Assembly: GCA_965238075.1 (NCBI GenBank)
Contig: OZ250173.1
Span: 704,001-768,000 of the forward strand
Length of the DNA stretch: 64,000 bases
Reading direction: 5' to 3'
Origin: Candidatus Entotheonellaceae bacterium
GTDB lineage: Bacteria; Tectomicrobia; Entotheonellia; Entotheonellales; Entotheonellaceae
The notes under the pieces are model-generated. The model was given only the letters and a program-made list of their open reading frames with translations. It made no database searches and was not told the origin of the DNA. This document shows, in pieces, positions 38,310 to 48,010 of this stretch. Made by a program: the position numbers and the translations under genes. Each line of letters starts with the position of its first letter. Within the stretch, counting starts at the first letter, position 1.

Positions 38310-40358
38310 ATGACGCGGAACGTCTACCTTAACCTGTATATCGTGAGTGCGGTGGCCGCGGGTGCGTTGAGCGGTGTTGGGATGGCGTTCGCCGCCGCGT
38401 TGAACCTGAGCCAGGCGCCGGTTGTCAGCCAAGCCGGTTACCGTTCGGCGGCTGGCGTGGCGGCCAGCAGCCGCACTGTGGATACCAGCACACGGCTGTA
38501 TCAGACACGGTTTGACGCCAGCGCTTGGCACGGAGACGTGGTGGCCTATGGCATGGACGGAACCGGCGGGCTTACCTTGGCCTGGGAGGCTGGCGCGCTG
38601 CTGCGACAGACCCTGCTGGCGAACGGTCATCAACGGCGGCAAATTCTGACGTATCACGGGACGGCCAGACGGGGCATCCCGTTGGCGTGGAACGAGTTGT
38701 CCAACGCACAGCAGGACGCGCTGCGAGAGCCGCACGATATAGATGACCAGGTGGCCATAGACCGCCTCGCCTATCTGCGCGGCGATCCGTCGAGGGAAGG
38801 TCGGCCCGACGGTTTTCGGCAACGCGGCGGCCCTTTGGGCGACTTGGTCCACTCGCGGCCGGTGTTCGTTGGCGCGCCGGGGCTTCCGGGCGTGATCGAC
38901 CCGCACACCTACCCGGCGTTTCGCAACGCTCAAGCGGGTCGTGCACCGATGCTCGTAGTCGGCGGCAACGATGGCTTTGTCCACGTTTTCAGTGCCGCCA
39001 CCGGTCAGGAACTCATGGCCTACGCGCCGCACGCCGTCTTTCCGCACCTTATCGAATTGACCAAACCGGGGTACGCGCACCGTTACTACGTGGACGGCTC
39101 CCCCACCGCCGCGGACGTGCAGACGGCCAGCGGCTGGCGCACCTGGGTCGTCGGCGGATTGGGTGCCGGCGGGCGCGGCGCCTATGCGCTGGACGTGACC
39201 GACCCGGCCCGGCTCGCCAATGCCGCGGCGTCCGGCAATCCGGCGCTCATCGTTCAGTGGGAATTTACCGCCGCCGATGACCCTGACCTGGGTTTCACCT
39301 TCAGCCAACCATCCATTGTCCGCATGCAGAATGGCCGCTGGGCGGCGCTGTTCGGCAACGGCTACAACAGCCCCAACGACCATGCCGTGCTGTATGTCAT
39401 CTTTCTCGACGGCGGCCAGGACGGCACCTGGACGCGGGGTGTCGATTATGTCCGCATTCCGGCCAGTGGCGGCCTGCCGGCTCAGGCCGGCGCGGCGAAC
39501 GGCCTGTCGACGCCCGCCGCCGTGGACCTCGACGGCGACTTTTTCACCGATCTGATCTACGCCGGTGATTTGCAGGGCAACCTGTGGAAGTTCGACGTGA
39601 GCAGCCCATTTCCAGGCGATTGGGGCAGCGCCTACCGCGGTGGCGCGACGCCGGCGCCGATGTTCGTGTGTACCGACGCCGGCGGCCAGCGCCAACCCAT
39701 TACGACGCGTCCCGAGGTGGGGCCGCATCCGATCGCCGGGGCCATGGTCTACGTCGGTACGGGCAAGAACCTGGAGCCGGGAGACCGCAGTTCCACCGCA
39801 ACGCAGACCCTGTATGGCCTGTGGGACCGGCAGGCGCCCACGACGACGCCATACAACCGCCTCGACGGATCACTGTTGCAACAAACGATGCAGCAGCGGG
39901 GGGACGTGCGGATCATGGATAACCATGCGGTGGATTGGAACCGGCACGTCGGCTGGTTTGTCGATCTGCCCGCTGCCGGGGAGCGGCTCGTCAGCGATCC
40001 CATCCTGCGTCACCGGCGCCTTGTTTTCACCTCCTTCGTTCCAAGCCTTGGCGGCGGCTGGCTGAGCGAGTTGCACGCACCGAGCGGCGGGCGCCTGCCG
40101 TTCACGCTGCTGGACCTGGATAACGACGGGTTTTACACCGTCGAGGACCATACGCCCCTAGGCCCCGACAACACTGCCCCGGCGTGCTGTATCCTGCCGG
40201 GAACGGGCGGCTATGTCGACGCACCAGCGGTTTTGGTGGACGGCGCGACGGAGGTGCAATTCATCAGCGAGAGGGCGGGAACGGTGGCCCAGTGGGTGAA
40301 AAGCCCCGGCCCGCGGGTTGTCGGCCGTCAGTCTTGGGAGCACGTGTTATTGCCGTAA
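38310..40358 (+). CDS. PilY1/PilC beta-propeller adhesin (short)
   Basis: LGDLVHS.P, GGNDG.VH, YYVDGSP, FGNGYNS, DLDGD..YAGDLQGNLWKFD, GRQSW. Confidence 0.88.
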   Translation: MTRNVYLNLYIVSAVAAGALSGVGMAFAAALNLSQAPVVSQAGYRSAAGVAASSRTVDTSTRLYQTRFDASAWHGDVVAYGMDGTGGLTLAWEAGALLRQTLLANGHQRRQILTYHGTARRGIPLAWNELSNAQQDALREPHDIDDQVAIDRLAYLRGDPSREGRPDGFRQRGGPLGDLVHSRPVFVGAPGLPGVIDPHTYPAFRNAQAGRAPMLVVGGNDGFVHVFSAATGQELMAYAPHAVFPHLIELTKPGYAHRYYVDGSPTAADVQTASGWRTWVVGGLGAGGRGAYALDVTDPARLANAAASGNPALIVQWEFTAADDPDLGFTFSQPSIVRMQNGRWAALFGNGYNSPNDHAVLYVIFLDGGQDGTWTRGVDYVRIPASGGLPAQAGAANGLSTPAAVDLDGDFFTDLIYAGDLQGNLWKFDVSSPFPGDWGSAYRGGATPAPMFVCTDAGGQRQPITTRPEVGPHPIAGAMVYVGTGKNLEPGDRSSTATQTLYGLWDRQAPTTTPYNRLDGSLLQQTMQQRGDVRIMDNHAVDWNRHVGWFVDLPAAGERLVSDPILRHRRLVFTSFVPSLGGGWLSELHAPSGGRLPFTLLDLDNDGFYTVEDHTPLGPDNTAPACCILPGTGGYVDAPAVLVDGATEVQFISERAGTVAQWVKSPGPRVVGRQSWEHVLLP

Positions 40359-40398
40359 TGCCGCTGGCTCCGGTGGTCCCTAAAGGAGACTGGTTATC

Positions 40399-41064
40399 AT
40401 GTGGCCGCGACGTAACTGCAGCCGGGCAAACGACGAGCGGACCGTTCGCCTGGACATGGTGCGGAACCAGATCGAACGGCGCGGCATCATGGACGAGCGC
40501 GTTTTGCAAGCCATGCGCGAGGTGCCCCGGCACGTCTTTGCGCCGGCCAAACGGCGTCACGAGGCGTATGGCGACCACCCTATCTCCATCGGCGAGATGC
40601 AGACGATTTCGCAGCCCTACATGGTCGCCGTGATGATCGAGCATCTTCGGTTGCGGGGCGGCGAGCGTGTCCTCGAAATCGGCACCGGTTCGGGTTATCA
40701 AGCCGCCGTGCTCGGGCGACTGGCAGCCGAGGTGTACACGGTGGAATGCTTCCCTTCCCTGGCCGCCGATGCCCGTCTCGTTTTGCAACAGCTCGGCTAT
40801 GAGAACGTGCAGGTCGTACAGGCCAATGGATGTCAAGGGTTTGCCCAGGGCTCGCCGTACAGCGGCATCGTCGTGGCGGCAGCGGCTCCGTTCATCCCGG
40901 CGCCGTTGCGGCTCCAGTTGGCGGATGGCGGACGGTTGGTCATACCAGTCGGCGGCCCCGAAGGACAACGGCTGGTCATCGTGACCCGGCAAGGGGATAC
41001 GTTTACCGAGGAAAAGACGGTGACGTGCCGGTTCGTGCCTTTACTGGGTACAGACGTTGCATAA
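40399..41064 (+). CDS. pcm: Protein-L-isoaspartate O-methyltransferase
   Basis: QTISQPYMVA, VLEIGTGSGYQAA, RFVPL. Confidence 0.95.
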   Translation: MWPRRNCSRANDERTVRLDMVRNQIERRGIMDERVLQAMREVPRHVFAPAKRRHEAYGDHPISIGEMQTISQPYMVAVMIEHLRLRGGERVLEIGTGSGYQAAVLGRLAAEVYTVECFPSLAADARLVLQQLGYENVQVVQANGCQGFAQGSPYSGIVVAAAAPFIPAPLRLQLADGGRLVIPVGGPEGQRLVIVTRQGDTFTEEKTVTCRFVPLLGTDVA

Positions 41065-41133
41065 GGGGCACGGGCGCCTTCTGCCAATGGCGTTCTTCAG
41101 AAAAATGTGCGACTCTGACCGCTCGGCCAGGAA

Positions 41134-41292
41134 ATGGGCCGTCTGCGGGAGGACATGACGCGGTTGGGTGAGCGTTTTTCGCGGCTGGAGCACGGCCAAG
41201 CCTGGCTCGAAGGGTTGCTGGATGGGCTGCACGAGGCCATCACCGGACGGACCGCGAGCAGCTGGACATTTGTATCCGAAGGATCCGCTTGA
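41134..41292 (+). pseudogene. Short coiled-coil ORF or relic
   Basis: MGRLREDMTRLGERFSRLEHGQAWLEGLLDGLHEAITGR; no clear N-terminal part. Confidence 0.4.
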
Positions 41293-42833
41293 TGAACGAA
41301 GTTGAGGCACAGCACTGGGCCGACCAGGTAGCCTGCGAGCTTTTGGCGAACCAGCCACGGCACTTGCTGAGTACGGGCATTACGCCGTCGGGGGAGTATC
41401 ACGTCGGGCACTTGCGGGAGGTGCTGACCGCGGAAGGAGTGCGCTGCGCCTTGCGGGAGCAGGGGACGGACTGCCAGTTGAACTACGTGGCCGACACCAT
41501 GGACCCGCTGCGGCGGGTTTATGATTTTCTCGACCCTGAACGCTACAAGCCGCACGTGGGCAAGCCGTTGTGCGACATTCCGTGCCCGTGTGATGAGCAC
41601 GCCAGTTACGCCGAGCATTTCCTGCAGCCCTTCCTGCAGGCGATGCAGACGCTAGGGGTCGAGCTGGAGGTGCATCAGGCGCACGAGTTGTACCGCGGCG
41701 GCCATCTCGACGACCAGATCATCACGGCCCTGGAAAGCACCGAGGCGATCAAGGCCATCCTGCACGAGGTAACCGGCAAAGCGATGGCGGACGATTGGTC
41801 TCCATACAATCCGGTTTGCGAGGCGTGCGGCCGCTTGGCGGGCACGCGGGTGACGGGTTTTGACGTCGCCGCCCGAACCGTATCGTACGCCTGCGACTGC
41901 GGTCACGAAACCACGGCGCCCGTCTCCCAGGCGGGTAAGCTCACCTGGCGGGTGGACTGGCCGGCACGCTGGCAGGCTTTGGGGGTGACGGCGGAGCCCT
42001 TCGGCAAAGACCACGCCTCGCGCGGCGGTTCGTATGACACCGGCAAACGCATTATGCGCGAGGTGTTCGACGGTGAACCACCACACCCCATTCCGTACGA
42101 ATGGATTGGCTTGAAGGGCCAGGGGGACATGTCGTCCAGCAAGGGCAACCTCGTCAGCATCGTCAACGTGACGCAAGCCATCCCGCCGGACGTGGTGCGC
42201 TACCTGATATTTCGCGTCAAGCCGATGCGGCGCATTGCCTTCGACCCCGGCCTGCCGCTGCTCAACCTGATGGACGAGTACGACAACCTCTCCAGCAACA
42301 ACCGCGACGCCCGCGCCGCCGACCTAGCCAGAATCACCGAGATGGATTCCATCGGCGTGCCCTTCCGGCACTTGGTCAATCTCGTGCAGATCACCGATGG
42401 CGACGTGGCCAAAATTCAGGCCATCCTGAAACGCCACAACCTGCCGGTGACTGACGCGGCAACCCTGCAAAAGCGAGTGGATTTCGCCGCCTACTGGGTA
42501 GAACGTTTCAGTCCGCCGGACAGTCGTTTACGCTTGCAACCAACCTTGCCCGAGCGCGCCGTCGACTTGACCCCGCCGCAACGTCATGTCCTGGCGCTTC
42601 TGGATCAGCGGCTGCAGCCCGACATGGACGGCGACGCCATTCACACCCTGGTCTACGCCCTCGCCGAGGAGTCGGGATTGGCCGCCAAGGACGTTTTCGA
42701 GGCGGTCTACGTCGCGTTTCTGGACCGCACCCGCGGCCCGCGGGCAGGCTGGTTCCTGCGCTCTCTGGAGCCCGATTTTGTGCACGCCCGATTGCGGGAG
42801 GCCGCCGGCCAGGGCGAGGGAGCGCGGTGTTGA
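41292..42833 (+). CDS. lysS: Class I lysyl-tRNA synthetase
   Basis: TGITPSG.YHVGH, KLTWRVDWPARW, EPFGKDH, MSSSKGN, GPRAG.F. Confidence 0.95.
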   Translation: MNEVEAQHWADQVACELLANQPRHLLSTGITPSGEYHVGHLREVLTAEGVRCALREQGTDCQLNYVADTMDPLRRVYDFLDPERYKPHVGKPLCDIPCPCDEHASYAEHFLQPFLQAMQTLGVELEVHQAHELYRGGHLDDQIITALESTEAIKAILHEVTGKAMADDWSPYNPVCEACGRLAGTRVTGFDVAARTVSYACDCGHETTAPVSQAGKLTWRVDWPARWQALGVTAEPFGKDHASRGGSYDTGKRIMREVFDGEPPHPIPYEWIGLKGQGDMSSSKGNLVSIVNVTQAIPPDVVRYLIFRVKPMRRIAFDPGLPLLNLMDEYDNLSSNNRDARAADLARITEMDSIGVPFRHLVNLVQITDGDVAKIQAILKRHNLPVTDAATLQKRVDFAAYWVERFSPPDSRLRLQPTLPERAVDLTPPQRHVLALLDQRLQPDMDGDAIHTLVYALAEESGLAAKDVFEAVYVAFLDRTRGPRAGWFLRSLEPDFVHARLREAAGQGEGARC

Positions 42834-44170
42834 CCTACGAGCAGGCCCTGGCCTATCTGGCGCGGTTCATCAATTACGAATCCGGCCAGCGCGTCCCGTA
42901 CACCCCCGAGCATTTCAACCTGGACGCCTTTGCCGCCTTCCTGCACGAACTTGGCGACCCGCACCGGGCCTTCCCTTCGGTGCTGATCGCGGGCTCCAAG
43001 GGCAAGGGTTCCACCGCCGCCATGATCGCGGCCATTCTGTCGCAAGCGGGCTTGCGCACGGGACTGTTCACCAATCCGCATCTGGTCACCCTGCGCGAAC
43101 GAACCCAGATTGACCGCCAGCTCATCAGCGAACCGGCGTTTGCCGCCCTTGTGTCCGAGTTGCGGGGCCACCTGCAACCGGCGCAGCGCGGCCAGCCGAG
43201 GCGCTTTCGCACCTTCTTCGAGCTGACCACAGCCTTGAGCTTTCTGCATTTCGTCCGCCAGCAGATCGACATCGCGGTGGTGGAGGTGGGACTCGGCGGC
43301 CGTCTCGACACCACCAACGTTCTCACCCCGCAGATCGCCGTCCTGACGCCTATCGGTCTGGAGCACACCCACATTCTCGGCGATACGCTGGCGGTCATCG
43401 CTGGTGAGAAGGCCGGCATCATCAAGCCGCGCGCCTGTGTGGTAAGCGCGCCGCAGGAGCCGGAAGCGGCGGCGGTCTTCGAGCAACGGTGCCAGGAACA
43501 GGAAGCAACACTTTCAATGGCAGGGCGGGATTTTGTCTGGCAGGTCATCGACGCTTGCGCCGAGGGCACGCGTATGCGCTTCCGCGGGTTCGGCCACGAA
43601 ATTGACGATATCGCCGTGTCGCTCGTCGGACGCCATCAGGCGGCCAATGCTGCGGTGGCGGTGGCGGTTTGCCTGCAGTTGCGGCAAAAGAGCTGGACCA
43701 TCAGCGGCGACCACATTCGTCGTGGACTCGCCGCGGTGCAATGGGAAGGCAGGGCTGAAATCATCGGTCGCCAGCCGTGGGTGGTGCTCGACGCCGCTCA
43801 CACGGTGGAATCGGCCCGCTGTCTTGCCGACACGCTGAGCGAGCTGTTTGGCGCCGAACGCCTGTTCCTGGTGCTCGGCATGGCCACGGACAAGAAGGTG
43901 GAGGACGTCGTGGCCATCCTGGCTCCCCTGGCTCACGAGGTCATCGTCACCGCCTTCCACAGCCCGCGCGCCTGCAAGCCGCAGCGCCTGGCCGATGAAG
44001 TACGCCGCCACGGCGTGGCGGTTCGACTTGCCGAGACGCCCGAGCAGGCGCTGGCCCTGGCGCGCGCTCAGGCCCGCACAATGGACGCCATCTGCGTCAC
44101 CGGCTCGGTACTGCTGCTCGGCGAGATCAAGGCGCACCTGCTAAACCAATCCCTCGAATTTTCAGGCTGA
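42827..44170 (+). CDS. folC: Folylpolyglutamate/dihydrofolate synthase
   Basis: AGSKGKGST, TFFE..T, EVGLGGRLDTTN, LDAAHT, VTGS. Confidence 0.94.
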   Translation: MLTYEQALAYLARFINYESGQRVPYTPEHFNLDAFAAFLHELGDPHRAFPSVLIAGSKGKGSTAAMIAAILSQAGLRTGLFTNPHLVTLRERTQIDRQLISEPAFAALVSELRGHLQPAQRGQPRRFRTFFELTTALSFLHFVRQQIDIAVVEVGLGGRLDTTNVLTPQIAVLTPIGLEHTHILGDTLAVIAGEKAGIIKPRACVVSAPQEPEAAAVFEQRCQEQEATLSMAGRDFVWQVIDACAEGTRMRFRGFGHEIDDIAVSLVGRHQAANAAVAVAVCLQLRQKSWTISGDHIRRGLAAVQWEGRAEIIGRQPWVVLDAAHTVESARCLADTLSELFGAERLFLVLGMATDKKVEDVVAILAPLAHEVIVTAFHSPRACKPQRLADEVRRHGVAVRLAETPEQALALARAQARTMDAICVTGSVLLLGEIKAHLLNQSLEFSG

Positions 44171-45862
44171 CATGCCAAGCGACGACTTGCTGGACGCGAA
44201 CCGCGTCAGCACCTCGCCGGGCGCCTGCTGCGGCGTCAGGTAATCCACACCGTCGAACACCTGAACGCCGTTGACCCATGTGCCCAACAGCCCCGGCGCG
44301 CGGCGCAGCAGACGCTCGCCGCCGGCAGGCAGGTCGTGATGACGCTCCGTGCCGGTGATGCGCAGCCTGTCGGGGTCGAACAGGATCATGTCGGCGAAAG
44401 CGCCGGGGACAAGGCGGCCCCTATCGACAATGCCGTACACGTTGGCAGGATCGCTGGTGACCTTGCGGATGGCTGTCGGCAGATCGAACACGCCCCTGTC
44501 GCGCACCCAATGGCTCAGCAGGTGCATGGCGTAAGCGGCGTCGCACAGCAGCGCGTTGTGCGCCCCGGCGTCGGACAGACTGACCAGGGTGCCGTCGTTG
44601 GTGATCAATTCCTCCACGCCCGCCTCGTCCATATTCAGGATGTAGAAAGTGTAGAGCGTCTCAAATTCCTCTTGCAAGGCGACGTCCAAAAACAGATCGA
44701 GCGGGTCGACGCCGCGCGCCTGGGCGATGTCGGCGACGGTCTGGTTTTCGAGTTCGGCGTTTTCCGAGCGCCCGGCGCGGGTTACCAACACCCAGTCCCA
44801 GCGACCGTTGAACACACGCCCGCCGACCGGGGTGGCGAGGGCGTCGCGAAAAGCCTGGCGGAACGAGGGATCCGAGAGAATGCGCCGCAGTTCCGTGTGG
44901 TCCGAGGTGGCGGGCCAGGGATCGATGGCCTTGAGGATGTAGGCGGCGTCGAGCGGGAAGCTGAGACTGAGAGGCTGGCACGAACCCTGCGTGTAGACGC
45001 GGTGGCCGCGCTGGCGGGCGGCCTGCGCCTGGAGCATGAGGTTGCGCCCGCGCTCGGGCTCATGGGCGTAATGGAAGTGCGCCGCGTACACCGCCGGGCG
45101 GCCGCTGCGGCGGGCGAAATCCTCCATGAAGTCCATGCCCATGTGATTGCCGGGGGTGATCAGGAAAACGCCATGGTCGTAGTCCGCCATAGCGTCGGCA
45201 AAAGCGCCGAATTCAGCTAGCTCGGCGAGCCGGGAGGCGATGGGCACGCCGCCGTGGCCGCGGTGATTTTCGTTGGTCGAGGAGCCGAACCCGACCGCGC
45301 CGGCGTCCATGGCGTCACGGAACAGCCGCACCATCGCTTCGAGTTCCTCATCGCGCGCCGGGCGCTGGGAGCTGTCCTTGCCCATGACGACGGTGCGAAT
45401 GGTGGCGTGCGAGGCTAGCGCCGCGACGTTTGGGTACACACCCTGATGGCGCAACAGGTCGAGGTACTCGCCAAAGCTCTCGAACGACCAGCGCACCCCG
45501 GTTTTCAGGGTATCCAGCGACATGCCTTCGACCTCGGCGAGGTTAGCGAGAATGGCATCGCGCGCGGCGGGCGGCGCCGGAACGATGCCGAAGCCGCAGT
45601 TGCCGATCACCACGGTGGTGACGCCAAGCGCGGGCGACGGCGAGGCGGTGGCGTCCCAGGTCAGTTGCGCGTCGTAATGGGTGTGCAGGTCGATCACGCC
45701 GGGTGCCAGCACCATGCCCTGTGCGTCCACGGTCGCAGCCGCCGGCTGCCGCACGTCCCCAATTTCCGCCACGCGGCCGCCCTCAACGGCGAGATCACCC
45801 TCCTGCAACGAATTGCCGAGCCCGTCGGCGATTCGCGCATTTCGTATTACCAGGTCGTACAT
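44162..45862 (-). CDS. N-acyl-D-amino-acid deacylase family amidohydrolase
   Basis: PGVIDLHTHYDAQ, GNCGF, SDAGAH, RGRL.PG.FAD. Confidence 0.9.
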   Translation of the reverse strand: MYDLVIRNARIADGLGNSLQEGDLAVEGGRVAEIGDVRQPAAATVDAQGMVLAPGVIDLHTHYDAQLTWDATASPSPALGVTTVVIGNCGFGIVPAPPAARDAILANLAEVEGMSLDTLKTGVRWSFESFGEYLDLLRHQGVYPNVAALASHATIRTVVMGKDSSQRPARDEELEAMVRLFRDAMDAGAVGFGSSTNENHRGHGGVPIASRLAELAEFGAFADAMADYDHGVFLITPGNHMGMDFMEDFARRSGRPAVYAAHFHYAHEPERGRNLMLQAQAARQRGHRVYTQGSCQPLSLSFPLDAAYILKAIDPWPATSDHTELRRILSDPSFRQAFRDALATPVGGRVFNGRWDWVLVTRAGRSENAELENQTVADIAQARGVDPLDLFLDVALQEEFETLYTFYILNMDEAGVEELITNDGTLVSLSDAGAHNALLCDAAYAMHLLSHWVRDRGVFDLPTAIRKVTSDPANVYGIVDRGRLVPGAFADMILFDPDRLRITGTERHHDLPAGGERLLRRAPGLLGTWVNGVQVFDGVDYLTPQQAPGEVLTRFASSKSSLGMSA

Positions 45863-46064
45863 CGTCTTTCCCCCCGTTTTTCACCCGCCCATTGGTTTCA
45901 TCGTACGTGTCCCTGCGATCACATTAGGAAGGCGCAGCCTAGCACATTCCCGCCCTGCCCGCCTGTCCGCCATCCTGCAAAAACACCTCCGCCCAGTTAC
46001 AGCAGACGCCACGGCCACCGCGTATTATCCCGCGGTCCCTTCAAGGACGATTCAACCCGTGCCT

Positions 46065-47783
46065 ATGTCCTCGAAGGTCCGCTATCAGGCGGACGAAAAC
46101 CCGCCGAGCCCGCCCGCCTTTGGCCTCGGCCTGCAATACGCCGTGCTCACCATCGCCGGGATCGTGCTCACGCCTGCCATTGTCATTCGCGCTGCCGGAC
46201 TGGGCGACCCGCTGCTCACCTGGGCGGCGCTCGCGGCACTCGTTGTGAGCGGCGTGACGACTATCATCCAGGCACGCCGGGTTGGACACATCGGCGCCGG
46301 CCACATCCTGCTGATGGGCACCTCCAGCGCCTTCATCGCCGTGTGTGTCACCGCCTTGATCGAGGGCGGCCCTGCCCTGCTCGCAACGCTCGTCATCGTC
46401 TCCTCGCTGTTCCAGTTTCTCCTCGCCTGGCGGCTCTCCTGACTGCGCCGGATCGTCACGCCCATCGTCGCCGGCACCGTCATCATGCTCATATCTGTCA
46501 CGGTTATGCCTATCATCTTCGGCATGTTGACACAGGTTCCGCCGGACGCGCCCGCGGCAGCGGCGCCGGCGAGTGCATTTGTAACCCTGGCCCTCGTCGT
46601 GGGCATTGTCATGCGCGGGCGGGGCTTTCTTCGCCTCTGGGCGCCGGTGGTCGGCGTGGCGGGCGGCTGCATCGTCGCCGGCTTCTTCGGCCTTTACGAC
46701 TGGGCGCGCGTGATCGAAGCGCCTTGGGTCGGCATCCCCACCGAAGGCTTCGGCGGCTGGGACCTGCGGTTCGGCCCGGCGTTCTGGGCGTTGTTGCCGG
46801 TGTTCGTGTTCGTCACCGGGGTCGGGGCCATCGAAACCGTCGGTGACCCGGTGGCCATCCAGCAGGTGTCCTGGCGCAACCCCCGGGCCGTGGATTACCG
46901 GTCGGTGCAGGGGGCGGTGAACGCGGACGGGCTCGGCAATTTGCTTTCCGGCCTGCTCGGCACTATTCCGAATACCACGTATTCCAGCAGCGTCGCGGTC
47001 GCCGAACTCACCGACGTCGGCGCGCGTGGTCGGCGTGTACATCGGCGCCCTGTTTCTGGCGTTCGCCTTCCTGCCCAAGGTCACCGCGGTGCTCCTGGCC
47101 ATTCCCGGCCCGGTGGCGGCCGCCTACATCCTGGTGCTCCTATCCATGCTGTTCGTGCTGGGCATGAAGATCGTCATCCAGGACGGCGTGGACTACAAGA
47201 AGGGGGCGATTGTCGGCGTCTCGTTCTGGATCGGCGTCGGCTTTCAGGATCAACTGATCTTCGCGGATCGTCTTGGAGAGTGGTGGGGCGCCCTGCTCGG
47301 CAATGGCATGACCGCCGGTGGCCTGACGGCTGTGGTGCTGTCCCTGGTGCTGGACCTGCCGGCGGCAGACGGGTGCGCATGGAGACGGAACTGAACGTGG
47401 CGGCGTTGCCTGCAATCCGGACGTTTCTGCAAAACGCGTCCCGTCGCGCGGGGTGGGATGAGGAAGCGACGGAACGCCTGTCAGCAGCATCAGAGGAAAC
47501 GGTGCTGAGTCTTTTGGACGGCGAAACCGATTCCGACGGCCGCCGCCTGCCCGTCATCGCCCGTGCCGACGGGGAAGTGGCGGAATTGGAGTTCGTCGCC
47601 GCTGGCGGCGGCGAGAATCTGGAGGATCGGATGGTGCTCGGCGACTCCATCGACGTGCCGCCGGAACAAAACGTGTCGCTGCGCCTGCTACGCCACTTCG
47701 GCTCCGAGGTGCCCAACCGGCAATATCACGACGCGGACATCGTGACGGTGCGGGTGGCACGCGCGCCGGCGCCGCAGGGCTGA
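46065..47783 (+). pseudogene. NCS2 (xanthine/uracil) permease with C-terminal cytoplasmic domain, disrupted
   Basis: GLGLQ, ETVGD, ADGLGN, PNTTYS motifs; in-frame TGA at 46440; frameshifts near 47025 and 47370. Confidence 0.85.
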
Positions 47784-47793
47784 GGGCTCCAAC

Positions 47794-47845
47794 AAAAAAA
47801 CGGGACAACCGAACGCGCCGAGTGTGGCCGCGTCCAGTTGCCCCG
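47794..47845 (-). terminator. Putative intrinsic terminator
   Basis: Stem cggggcaac..gttgtcccg followed by T7 on the minus strand, downstream of the LLM gene. Confidence 0.55.
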
Positions 47846-47894
47846 AAAGCATCAAGCCATATCCTGATAGTGAATCGTTCAAATGCCCCACAGC

Positions 47895-47972
47895 GTCATT
47901 CCGGGCTTGACCCGGAATCCAGCGGTCTTATTCCAGACGAACCTTCTGGACTCCGGCTTTCGCCGGAGTGAC
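47895..47972. repeat. GTCATTCC...GGAGTGAC palindromic module
   Basis: gtcattccgggcttgacccggaatccag..ctggactccggctttcgccggagtgac. Confidence 0.85.
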
Positions 47973-48010
47973 CCAGACTCAATCTTCAACCCTTATGATC
48001 CGAAACGGTT

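Noticed and set aside
46440..46442. In-frame TGA as possible selenocysteine or recoding
   Set aside because: The position is not a Cys-type catalytic site, the gene has further frameshifts, and TGA is an ordinary stop in neighbouring genes
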